From a virus: a stretch of 64,000 nucleotides of DNA. A program made the translations under genes and the position numbers. Under the pieces are notes generated by a model. That model saw only the letters and a program-made list of their open reading frames with translations, had not been told where the DNA came from and did not search any database. Positions 55,263 to 64,000 of the stretch are shown one piece after another; position 1 is the first letter of the stretch, and every line of letters begins with the position of its first letter. The stretch covers positions 1-64,000 of IMG/VR virus record IMGVR_UViG_3300013286_000012. One strand, written 5' to 3'.

Positions 55263-56818
55263 TAAATTAATCCAAGGCTTAAGTTTGCTTCTGTAAAACG
55301 ATAAAGTTCTCCAGGACCTCCAACAAGCGTAGTTAAACCGCTTCCTCCTACCTCATAAAGATTTAAAACTTTAACAGTCTTTACTCCAGGCGCTTGTTGA
55401 ATTACAAATTCAATATCTTGAGGATAAATTGTGTCTTTAAAATTAACTCCCAAATATCCAAATCCAGTTAAAATTGCTGTTTTAATATTGGCTTCAACTT
55501 CTGCAGAAGTATACTGATTAATAATTGCGTATTGAATATTGGCTACAACATCCACGTAAGTTGGCGGTTGAACAGTTACGGTTGTTCCAATAAGAACTTT
55601 ATCTGCTAAAGATGTTTCAACGTCTTTTTTTAAGCGAAGATACTCAGCACTAGGGTCATTGTTGTCATCTAAACCAGGCTGCACATCTGTATCCAACGCA
55701 GTCCTACTTGGAGCAATATAAACAGTTACTGAGGTCCAAATTGATGCATTAGCATTTGCTTTTCCTACTCCACTAACTGATAACGCAATGTCTGCAAAGT
55801 CGTTTAAAGAAACCGCTCTATTTCCAGAACGAATAGCAGAAGGCGCTGCAATACGGATTTGGTCATTACTTTCAGGGTCTGAACCACCAATTCCAGGTCC
55901 AGGATTTGTTAAAGTTACGCTACCTTGTAGCGCAGTTAATTGAGATTCAGATAATCCTGCTACATAAAAAATGTTGTTTACTGTGTTAGAAGAAACATTA
56001 CCAATTGTTCCTCCGCCTACTATGTAGTTAGCGCGTATTTCTGAGTATGCGGTAGGAATTGCTCCAGAAACACCGTCTCCAAAATTAATTGTTACAACAT
56101 TATTTTCATTAAGAAAAACAGTATAAACAGTATCAGATGGACCGTAATCAATAAGGTGTTGCACTTGCGTCCATTTAGAGTACAGGTCTCCATCTTGAAC
56201 GTATACCTTTATTGAACCATCAACCACTGGTTTTTCTAAAAGGTCAAATGACATATTAGGAGAACCGTCAGCAGTTCCAATTAACTCTCCGTATGTTGTT
56301 GCATTGTCTGCAACTAAAGTTACGGACCTTCCTTGAGATGCACCCACAGTTGCGGTTCCAAAAACATTACCTACAGCAGCATCTACAATCGAATCTGCAT
56401 TTGTTGTAAAATAAACGGTTTGAACTACATCTCCAAATACCACATCTCCACTAACGACGGTTCCTGCTGGAATAGTGATGCTAGTACTAGAGGAGTTACT
56501 GAATACAATACTTAAAGTTGCTTGGCGATATCCCGCAGGAATATAGCCATAGGTTTGAGCAAGATTTAAAATGCTTTGTCTTTGAACTGCAGTTTTTAAA
56601 AAGGCTTCATTAGCGGTTCTATCAATGTAGTACGCCATTACATCGCCAAGGTATGCAAAGGCTTCTACCAAAGCAACGCCAAAATCAGATGGGTCAGAGG
56701 CAGTCCACTCTGGGATACGGTCTTGTACACGAGCAATCATTGACTCACGTAAAGAGTAATAATCACGACCTGTGTAATCAACCGAAATAGGGATATTAGA
56801 GACGGGGGTTACGCTCAT
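55262..56818 (-). CDS. Baseplate J/gp6-like wedge protein
   Basis: DYT.RDY, SDFG.AL.E, FGDG..G.IP, GG.DPES, RAV...D. Confidence 0.9.
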   Translation of the reverse strand: MSVTPVSNIPISVDYTGRDYYSLRESMIARVQDRIPEWTASDPSDFGVALVEAFAYLGDVMAYYIDRTANEAFLKTAVQRQSILNLAQTYGYIPAGYRQATLSIVFSNSSSTSITIPAGTVVSGDVVFGDVVQTVYFTTNADSIVDAAVGNVFGTATVGASQGRSVTLVADNATTYGELIGTADGSPNMSFDLLEKPVVDGSIKVYVQDGDLYSKWTQVQHLIDYGPSDTVYTVFLNENNVVTINFGDGVSGAIPTAYSEIRANYIVGGGTIGNVSSNTVNNIFYVAGLSESQLTALQGSVTLTNPGPGIGGSDPESNDQIRIAAPSAIRSGNRAVSLNDFADIALSVSGVGKANANASIWTSVTVYIAPSRTALDTDVQPGLDDNNDPSAEYLRLKKDVETSLADKVLIGTTVTVQPPTYVDVVANIQYAIINQYTSAEVEANIKTAILTGFGYLGVNFKDTIYPQDIEFVIQQAPGVKTVKVLNLYEVGGSGLTTLVGGPGELYRFTEANLSLGLI

Positions 56819-57216
56819 AGCAACTCCTGATACATTGGGTTAGCACCATCAACAAGAACCAATCCAACGACGGTGCTTACAACTTCGTTGTTTGGTAATC
56901 CATATACGGCTTCAACTGTAAGAACATTTGTATATTGGTCTACAGTTACATTTACTTTTTGCAAATTTAAAAGGTTTAGTTGTTGAGCAAAGGCTTTGTG
57001 AACCTCTGCATCAACTTGAGCAATGGCTCCCGTTTCTGTATTAAAAAGAGCAAAAGGAATTAAAGTTCCAAAAGTAGGACGAATTACTCTTTCTCTTACT
57101 GTTGTTCCTAAAACAGACCTAACTCTATCTGCCCAAATTTTTGATTGGTCTAAAGTAGAATTAACTTTGCCGTAAGAATCAATCGAGAATGGCAAAGCAA
57201 TTGCGTATTCCGCCAT
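56815..57216 (-). CDS. gp25-like baseplate wedge protein
   Basis: I.LPF...L.T...ERV.RP.FG. Confidence 0.85.
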   Translation of the reverse strand: MAEYAIALPFSIDSYGKVNSTLDQSKIWADRVRSVLGTTVRERVIRPTFGTLIPFALFNTETGAIAQVDAEVHKAFAQQLNLLNLQKVNVTVDQYTNVLTVEAVYGLPNNEVVSTVVGLVLVDGANPMYQELL

Positions 57217-58472
57217 TATGCGCCACCCCATTTTCTTGGATTTGTTTTATACCCAGCATTACGTTGATTTACTAACGTTGTTGTAGAACTTAGTGTAGTA
57301 GAAGTTGGCCTTCTTTGGGCACCTGTGAGTAGTTCATTTGATATGTTTCGAATAGGAACAGGGCCCGCAAAAGACGGTCTTGTTGCACTGGATTTGTTTG
57401 GTCCAATACCATCTGACATACAACTGAACTCCACTAAATAACGTCCATCTCCATGCAAGACGTGCTGGGCTTTTTGTACAATCCAGTAACCGTCCGTGGT
57501 TGCTCCTGTACCTTGAACCTCTACTGTTCTCCATGGAGAAATACGGGGGTCTCCTTGCCCCACTGCATCTGCTGGAATAGTAAATCGCCCTAACTGTGCG
57601 CGTGATTCTGACAATGACTTAGCCATAGCAGAACTGGCAACAACTGTTTTTGTTTCTACGGTAGAAAATAAAGGCTCTCTTGTATCTTTACGAAGATTTT
57701 TACCAACTTGATTTGATGAAGTTGTATAAGAAATTAATTTTCCGCTTATAGGGTCTACTCCCGACACTATATTAAGACTACGAGAAAACTCTGCTGATTC
57801 GATATGGTCTCCAATAACGGGTTCAAAATAAGTTAAGGTTGGCGCATCTCTGTTGCTTTCTGGATTTTGTAATGGGTCTTTAAAAGACATGATTGGAATA
57901 GTAGTCATAAATTGGTCAACCATTTTGTCAATTGGATGAAAGTGAAGTTCTGTTCCAGTCACGCGAACTCCATACCCAATTTTTGTTGCTAATTCATTTA
58001 ATTTTTCCCAATAAGATTGGCCAACTAATGATTGTTGAGTAAACCTAATTGTACTAGGAGTAACAAATGGCTTTAATTTAAATTTATTAGATATCTCTAT
58101 AGCAATTTCTGGTGCTGTTTTATTTTGCCAAATTTTAGAAGAACTATCTTTTAAAGGATACGAGGCTCCTACGCAAGTAACTTTTAAATCTCTGTCTAAT
58201 TGCTGCGCTGTAGTGTAAGAAACGTCAACTGTATATCCAAAAAACGTTTCAGTAACTTTATCATTTCTCCAAGTAATTTGTACAGGAACACCCGTCTTAA
58301 TTCCTTTAAAAAATACGCTGCTAAAAGTTGAATAATAAATCTCAACAATGTCATGACTTCCTATTTTTTGATTTATAATTAAACTTCTAGCAGGTTTAGT
58401 TAACCCAGGAAAATCAGGAAAAATAATTTTAAAAGAATTTGTAAATCTATTTTGACGTAATGGGTCACGCAC
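57216..58472 (-). CDS. Baseplate hub (gp27/GPD-like)
   Basis: Q...S.WE.L..LA..IGY, GDP...P...V, G.W.V....H. Confidence 0.8.
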   Translation of the reverse strand: MRDPLRQNRFTNSFKIIFPDFPGLTKPARSLIINQKIGSHDIVEIYYSTFSSVFFKGIKTGVPVQITWRNDKVTETFFGYTVDVSYTTAQQLDRDLKVTCVGASYPLKDSSSKIWQNKTAPEIAIEISNKFKLKPFVTPSTIRFTQQSLVGQSYWEKLNELATKIGYGVRVTGTELHFHPIDKMVDQFMTTIPIMSFKDPLQNPESNRDAPTLTYFEPVIGDHIESAEFSRSLNIVSGVDPISGKLISYTTSSNQVGKNLRKDTREPLFSTVETKTVVASSAMAKSLSESRAQLGRFTIPADAVGQGDPRISPWRTVEVQGTGATTDGYWIVQKAQHVLHGDGRYLVEFSCMSDGIGPNKSSATRPSFAGPVPIRNISNELLTGAQRRPTSTTLSSTTTLVNQRNAGYKTNPRKWGGA

Positions 58473-58740
58473 TTGGTACCTTCAATTGCGTGCCTGGTGC
58501 AATATTAAAAGGATTTAAAATGCTTGGATTTATATCAAGAATTTCCCACCATGATGCTGGGTTTCCAAGATAACGGTTAGCCAAGTTATCTAAACGGTCA
58601 CCTTCTACCCATTCATAAATAAAATATGATTGAACATAGTTTGACCATTGCCGCAATACAACAAGGTCATATTGGTTCTTTTTAGCATGCCAAGTTTTGA
58701 CTAAAGTTCCGTCAGCGTACCTACTGTCTAAATAAATCAT
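58465..58740 (-). CDS. LysM/tail X protein
   Basis: EGDRLD.LA.RY.G....WW.I...NP...I.PG..L.VP. Confidence 0.85.
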   Translation of the reverse strand: MIYLDSRYADGTLVKTWHAKKNQYDLVVLRQWSNYVQSYFIYEWVEGDRLDNLANRYLGNPASWWEILDINPSILNPFNIAPGTQLKVPSA

Positions 58741-60089
58741 TAGTTACCCGTTTTTACATAAGGAAAACGTGCACAAGAAATGTTAACGTAAGAAACAATT
58801 GGCACCATACGTTCATCAAAAATAATGTGGTTAAGGTCTACGTTAGTAACTCTTACAAGATAACGAAGCCTGTTTCCAAGATGCAATTCAACTGCAAAAC
58901 CTTGAAGCCAACCTTGGTCTGCTGTATCTCCTTTAAACCCAGAATAAGAAATAGAGTTTAATCCAGTCAAAGTCCTAAACAAGTACTCCATATCATACAT
59001 AGTTCCTTTTTCATATAACTCTGCAAGTTCTTCATTTATTGTTTTGCTATGAGCAAAAGTTCCATATGGATTGCCTACTCCCGCTTTTAATCCATTTGAA
59101 TCAAGGTACCCCAAATCATTGCTTCTATTAAGCAACAAAGAAAAACTAATGGTGCTGTTTTGAAGGGCTGAACTTGGTGCGGTTCCCGCTTCAAGTCCCG
59201 CAGCAATTCCTTCCCAGTTTTGACCTTCTGCAACTCCCCAAGTCATTGCCACTTCTTTAGGGTTATACAAAAATTTAAACCCATATAAATTGCCATCGTA
59301 CTGCGTTGTGTTGTAAGTAGAAGAATTTGCAATACTAAATGCGCTCGTTACATCCATTTGTATTACGCCTTTTGAAGCCGCAACACCCGTCCAAGCATCT
59401 AATCCTTGGCCATAATTATCTGCACCAGAAACAGACAAATTTGAAGTTCGTTGCTGTGGGCTAGGGCTATCCTGTGAGGCTCCTCCTGATAAATAAGATG
59501 TTTTAATCATTGGAGCGTTGTAGTAGTAAGTTAAAGGACTTGGAACTTTAGCGCCACCACTTGCTGCTTCAATGCCTGCAAGCGAAGAAGTATTAATTCC
59601 AGAAGATTGTGAAGTTGTTTTAGTGATAGTTTTATTTACAATGGCTTTATGTACAATAATTTTGCTTGTTACAAGACCAGGCGGTGCCATATTTTTTTCT
59701 TTTGCAAGACGAGATGCGTTGATAGTTGCAAATGATGCTTTAGCCCTATCAAGAACAAGTTTGTTAAAGTCCAAAGCCGATTTAGAAGCATTAACTCCTG
59801 TTTGTTCTTCTGATGTAATTGTAGTACCACCAGGAGACCCTGAAAGAATGGCTGCATTTTTTCTATCGTTATACACCTTGTTTTGCGTAGCGTACGCTTG
59901 TTCAGCCTGAGTTAGAGCATCTTTGGCTCTGGCTTCTTGGTCCTTTAAAGAATTTAATTCTCTTTGATTTTTTGCTTTATTTGCTTTTTCTTTTTCTTTA
60001 ACAACTTTTGCAGCAGCAGCGTTTTGCTGAACTTGAAGTTGCTCATCGTAAGTTAATGGACGTTGGTATTGATTTGGTTTGATAGCCAT
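58740..60089 (-). CDS. Tail tube initiator-like protein
   Basis: F.FLYNP...ISF.LLLNR...H..F...M.P; position after the tape measure gene. Confidence 0.6.
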   Translation of the reverse strand: MAIKPNQYQRPLTYDEQLQVQQNAAAAKVVKEKEKANKAKNQRELNSLKDQEARAKDALTQAEQAYATQNKVYNDRKNAAILSGSPGGTTITSEEQTGVNASKSALDFNKLVLDRAKASFATINASRLAKEKNMAPPGLVTSKIIVHKAIVNKTITKTTSQSSGINTSSLAGIEAASGGAKVPSPLTYYYNAPMIKTSYLSGGASQDSPSPQQRTSNLSVSGADNYGQGLDAWTGVAASKGVIQMDVTSAFSIANSSTYNTTQYDGNLYGFKFLYNPKEVAMTWGVAEGQNWEGIAAGLEAGTAPSSALQNSTISFSLLLNRSNDLGYLDSNGLKAGVGNPYGTFAHSKTINEELAELYEKGTMYDMEYLFRTLTGLNSISYSGFKGDTADQGWLQGFAVELHLGNRLRYLVRVTNVDLNHIIFDERMVPIVSYVNISCARFPYVKTGN

Positions 60090-62173
60090 TATTTAGTTCC
60101 CATCGCTGCCATTGTTTTGTCTTTTGTTAAAATATCTTTTACTCTTTTAGCAAGGGCAACTGCTTCGGCATCAGAGGCTTTTGCGATAGTAAGATTAATG
60201 TTTACAACTTGTCCACCATTTGCATTTGAGGTTAATTGGTTTGCATATGAGCCACTCTTATAAGTGGACCACGGCTGAAAATTAGTTCCGCCCTTAGATA
60301 AATCATATGCAATTTTTGCGTTAATGGTTGGGTCATACAAACTTTGGGGGCCTTTATACCCAATGCTTGCGTATTTCTTTAGGTATGCCGCATTGCGTTT
60401 AGTTCCCATATTAAGATTACTTGGGTCATTATTTTCTAAGTTAATTTGAAAAAGACCGTAAGATTTATCTAAACCTTTGCCATTATAACTATTTGATTTT
60501 CCACCAGATTCGGCTCTAGCAATACCGTAAGCAGTAACCAAAGATTGTCCTGTAAATCCAGCAGCAGCCAATGTTTGCACTAAGTTGGGGTCAGCATTGG
60601 CTGGCAAACTGAGGTTGCCTTGCCCAACACCACTTGCTTGGCTTCCAGAAGCCGCGGCCTGTGTTGCAGTTGATGTCATAGCCTTAATTGCTTTGGCACC
60701 TAAATAACCAAGAGCAGTTAGGCCAGCAGCGGTGAGGGCTGCGGGTATAGCGCCTACTCCACCTGTAGTAACTCCACCAATAATTCCAGCGGCTGCCGCA
60801 CTTGTGAGTACAGTAGACAAAAATCCTTTATCTGTTGCTCCTGCATAAGCGCCTCCAAGAACAGGAATTGCTTTTCCTAGAAAACCAAAACCAACTTTTG
60901 TTGCAACTTTTCCTGCTGTTTGAACTGCTCCTGATTCAGTTGCTGTCACTACTCCACCAGCCGCCGCAGTTGCGGCAGCCTTTGTAGCAGCGTTTGCTGC
61001 CATCTTTTTAAAGGCTGACCGAACCAAAATTCCAGTTCCAATAGTTCCAACAACTCCTGCTGCGGTAGCAACCACACCTGAAACAGCCTTTCCAGGATTA
61101 GATAAACTGAGGGCATCAAGCGCACCTTTAAGTTGAAAAAATTTATCTGGCAATCCTTCTAGAGATGAGTTTAATGCAACTAATGCTGAAGTGGTTGTAG
61201 CGTATCCTTTTAGCATTGGGTCTGTAGCACGGTTTGCTAAAGACATGTCTGAGGTTGTTTGTTTGTATAGAGTCGATGTATTAGGGTTATCAGCACCTGT
61301 TTGCGTAAGTAGGTTTCCGTTACCGCCAGTTGCAATTTTCTCCAGCATTGGTCTTAATATTGCTTGCTGTTGCCCATTTGTAGTGTCGTTTAAAAATCTA
61401 TTTAAAGCACCTTCACGGTTAGAAAATTCAAATTGTGCGGCTGTAATTTTTTTTCCGCGAAAAACTCTATTATAAATTTGTTGAGCAATTTCTTGCATAG
61501 GACGAACTTTGCCTGATTTAACATCCAAGGTACTAATTCCGTATTGATAGAGGCTTCCGCTCATCTCGCCCGTGTGCATACTACCAATTGCTTGAGCGGC
61601 AGTAGCGTTTGGAATAGCAAGACTAAGCGCAGCACCGCGAACTTCTTGCTGTGATTGGGCAAGGTTTTGCCCCATCATTCCAAAACTATTGGCAAGAATA
61701 TTTGTTGCTGCTACATCTTCATTTGGTCCAGTAATTCCCCCACGCATATTTGCCATGGTGGAGTTAGTAAGTTGTTGCCGAGATACTCCAGGAAGCATTG
61801 TGGTGGCTTGATAAAAACCAGTGGTACGAGGCATTACAGTTGAAAGACCAGGTAGCGCTGAGTACGCAGAACCCGCTAGACCCAATACCCCCTGCGCTGT
61901 GGCAACAGCGGCAGTGCCACCCTTGCTGTATGCCCACGGCATAAGATTTGTACCGCCAGAACCCGCAGTACTAAATTGAGCATTAGATGAACCAAGGCCC
62001 ATCCCCGTGCTTTGACCAGTGCTGGAAGAAAAAATTCCTTTGATGGATTGAGTGGTTTTTCCAGTAAGACCTAAAACACGTTTAAGGCCAGCCTCAAGAA
62101 GATTTACTTCTTTATTGATTGACTTTAATTCTTTGGTGGCTTGGGGGAGTTCACTAATAGGGTCTTTAGCCAA
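60089..62173 (-). CDS. Tape measure protein with C-terminal lysozyme-like domain
   Basis: Ala/Gly-rich and helical; ARAESGG...SYGLFQIN...DP.INA..AY...PWSTY. Confidence 0.85.
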   Translation of the reverse strand: MAKDPISELPQATKELKSINKEVNLLEAGLKRVLGLTGKTTQSIKGIFSSSTGQSTGMGLGSSNAQFSTAGSGGTNLMPWAYSKGGTAAVATAQGVLGLAGSAYSALPGLSTVMPRTTGFYQATTMLPGVSRQQLTNSTMANMRGGITGPNEDVAATNILANSFGMMGQNLAQSQQEVRGAALSLAIPNATAAQAIGSMHTGEMSGSLYQYGISTLDVKSGKVRPMQEIAQQIYNRVFRGKKITAAQFEFSNREGALNRFLNDTTNGQQQAILRPMLEKIATGGNGNLLTQTGADNPNTSTLYKQTTSDMSLANRATDPMLKGYATTTSALVALNSSLEGLPDKFFQLKGALDALSLSNPGKAVSGVVATAAGVVGTIGTGILVRSAFKKMAANAATKAAATAAAGGVVTATESGAVQTAGKVATKVGFGFLGKAIPVLGGAYAGATDKGFLSTVLTSAAAAGIIGGVTTGGVGAIPAALTAAGLTALGYLGAKAIKAMTSTATQAAASGSQASGVGQGNLSLPANADPNLVQTLAAAGFTGQSLVTAYGIARAESGGKSNSYNGKGLDKSYGLFQINLENNDPSNLNMGTKRNAAYLKKYASIGYKGPQSLYDPTINAKIAYDLSKGGTNFQPWSTYKSGSYANQLTSNANGGQVVNINLTIAKASDAEAVALAKRVKDILTKDKTMAAMGTK

Positions 62174-62345
62174 TTGTGTAACTCCTTTCCTGTCGCATCT
62201 TGGCTACTTCTAGCCAATTCTTTCGGTCTCTTTTAGACAACTGCTTGATGTCCTCTAAAGTCCATCCGTTATAGATATCTGATAGTGCAAACCATTCAGA
62301 AAATAGTTCTGCATATCCTGTTATGTTAGAACTGAAATAAGGTGC
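62166..62345 (-). CDS. Start-less ORF; probable frameshifted C-terminal extension of the tail chaperone
   Basis: ...GYAELFSEWFALSDIYNGWTLEDIKQLSKRDRKNWLE...; +1 frame relative to 62326..63138. Confidence 0.6.
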   Translation of the reverse strand, partial: APYFSSNITGYAELFSEWFALSDIYNGWTLEDIKQLSKRDRKNWLEVAKMRQERSYTIG

Positions 62346-63138
62346 CTAAATTAATAGGAACCAATACCTCGCCTTCACAGTCAGGACATGTAACAGTGAC
62401 ATCAGCAAACTGAGGTCCTGGTGCTCTATCGTTAATCTCGTCAATAATTTTTCGGCGGTCTGTAACGCTTAATGCTTGAACCTGCATTGGGCTATACACA
62501 GGGGCATCGCCAATCTTAATAACAGTTCCTTCAAGGATAATTGTGCTGAGTTCAGCAGGTGTCTTATCCATGTTTTCAATCATTTTCTTTTGCACAATTC
62601 CGTTAGGAAGTTTGACGGTAAATTCTTTGTTTTTTCCAGCAACCGTAAAGATGCGGTCACTTATTGAATCAGTCAAAATTTTAACTTTAATATCAGATTT
62701 AACATTGATACTTACTGTTTTATTTTCATTGCAGCCTTGACAATAAGAAAGGACATCTACATCGGGGCCAAATGTTGCTTTAAGAATACCCAAAAGCAAC
62801 TGGTCTCTATCTCCTACCAGCAACTGGTCAAGCATCTGTTCTGTAGCAAGTTCGCTACCAATCTTGACTGTGCCACGTTGAAGGATGACAAGAAGAGCCT
62901 TACCCAAAGTTGATGCTCGTGAGATTGCTTCTTCGTCTTTACCGTTAAGTTCCTTTACTTCTGCAGTACTGAGAACCTCCCCAGTGGCTGTGATATAGCC
63001 ACCAGGAAGGTCAACAGTTACGTCCGAAGGTAAAACAATTTCAGGCATATTTTCCTGAGAAGGCATTTCGTTTAGCGCTTTGTTTAATATATCGTTTGCC
63101 AATGCGGGATTAGCCGCTGCATTAATTGTGTTCGTCAT
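62326..63138 (-). CDS. Tail assembly chaperone (T4 gp26-like)
   Basis: V.LPGG, EL.G.DEE, L..GDRD.LL, C..C, CPDC; between tube and tape measure genes. Confidence 0.75.
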   Translation of the reverse strand: MTNTINAAANPALANDILNKALNEMPSQENMPEIVLPSDVTVDLPGGYITATGEVLSTAEVKELNGKDEEAISRASTLGKALLVILQRGTVKIGSELATEQMLDQLLVGDRDQLLLGILKATFGPDVDVLSYCQGCNENKTVSINVKSDIKVKILTDSISDRIFTVAGKNKEFTVKLPNGIVQKKMIENMDKTPAELSTIILEGTVIKIGDAPVYSPMQVQALSVTDRRKIIDEINDRAPGPQFADVTVTCPDCEGEVLVPINLGTLFQF

Positions 63139-63152
63139 ATTATTCCTTTAGT

Positions 63153-63782
63153 TTAGGCTGGGAATGCTGCTGCGTTGTCGGTTAAGTTTGCTGCCCAGTT
63201 AACATCGAATCCTTCATGGACAAGAGTCATCTGTTCAACAAAGAGTGCGTTGTCACCAGCGTTGAGGTCTGAGTACGCTACAGCAGTAGGCCAGCAGTTA
63301 TACACATTAAAGCGCATCGCTACATGGTCTGTCTTTGCAGGCGAGTTTTCAGCAGTTTCTCCTGCTGATGGGATTGGGTGAGAGAGAACGGCAATCTCAA
63401 GGTCACAACGGAAGTTTTCCGTACGACCACGAGTTGAGCCTCCGCCTTGAACAGTTGCAAAAAGATTACGCATCCACTCATAGTTTTGGTTGCTGCCCAA
63501 GATAACTCCACGCTGCAATGTAATTGGAGCAAATGTTGTTTGTCCTGGAATTTGATGAACTGTTGTGTTATATCCGCCTTCACGGTAAGGAATAGAGTCT
63601 GTTGTTACAGCCATTCCTGACACAGAAGTAAAACCAAAAGTTGTAGAATTTTCTAGCATTTTGGTTGCAGCACTTGGGGTAGCGCCTGTTGCGCTTGTAA
63701 GAGATTTAAACGTAACCAAAAATCTAAAGTTACGTAACGGGTCGGTAATTAATGATGACCGATTATTAATAATTGTAGGCAT
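63153..63782 (-). CDS. Tail tube protein (gp19-like)
   Basis: DPLRNFRF, GF..VSG, YREGG, PG......ITL.RG, NCWP, L.HEG. Confidence 0.92.
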   Translation of the reverse strand: MPTIINNRSSLITDPLRNFRFLVTFKSLTSATGATPSAATKMLENSTTFGFTSVSGMAVTTDSIPYREGGYNTTVHQIPGQTTFAPITLQRGVILGSNQNYEWMRNLFATVQGGGSTRGRTENFRCDLEIAVLSHPIPSAGETAENSPAKTDHVAMRFNVYNCWPTAVAYSDLNAGDNALFVEQMTLVHEGFDVNWAANLTDNAAAFPA

Positions 63783-63802
63783 CTAGTGATTTCTCCTTTG
63801 GA

Positions 63803-64000
63803 TTAATTCAGCGTCTTTTGGCTGAGGTCGATGACGATGAACTCTGCTGGGTATTGAAGCGCCACACCAACTTGAATGTGAACCTCTCCATTGGCAATTG
63901 TTTGTGCTGTGTTGTTTTCATTATCACATTTAACAAAGTAAGCCTGAGTAGCGGTTGCTCCACGGAGACCGCCTTGGTTACGGTACTCATTGAGAAATGA
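63803..64000 (-). CDS. Tail sheath protein, C-terminal part
   Basis: A frame not in the track reads ...GGLRGA...AYFVKCD..NN....I.NG....VGVA..PAEFIVI..SQ. Confidence 0.9.
   Translation of the reverse strand, partial: SFLNEYRNQGGLRGATATQAYFVKCDNENNTAQTIANGEVHIQVGVALQYPAEFIVIDLSQKTLN

Overview
This is a 64-kb segment of a large contractile-tailed (myovirus-like) phage, very probably infecting Actinobacteria: it carries two WhiB genes, an actinobacterial DUF7455-type gene and SpoVS, and its gene set resembles Bxz1/cluster C. Most genes are on the minus strand. From right to left they are: tail sheath/tube/tape measure/baseplate (64.0-51.5 kb), replication and recombination (initiator with iterons, DnaC, DnaB, primase, SNF2, SSB, PolA, RecA, resolvases; 51-34.5 kb), small probable virion proteins (34-29.4 kb), a nucleotidyltransferase/HAD/TGT-like cluster and class II RNR (29.4-23.7 kb), and an accessory cluster of ParB-like, GNAT-like and ADP-ribosyltransferase genes plus lysis genes (11.2-0 kb). 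A plus-strand block (12.2-23.7 kb) follows a ~1.6-kb non-coding divergent region and holds a MoxR-type AAA/vWA pair, many small genes, WhiB, an Xis-like HTH and a tyrosine recombinase. Best candidate for an undescribed system: the ~570-nt structured leader of this plus-strand operon pairs, in three nested helices with G-U wobbles, with a ~55-nt trailer more than 8 kb downstream just before the terminator, so the whole operon would be looped out of one RNA structure. Two other strong signals are a terminal peptide tag [LI]-[SN]-x-x-Q-F shared by unrelated proteins and an 8-copy, frame-independent 16-bp DNA repeat around the integrase. All family calls come from motif recognition by eye; no searches or folding programs were run.
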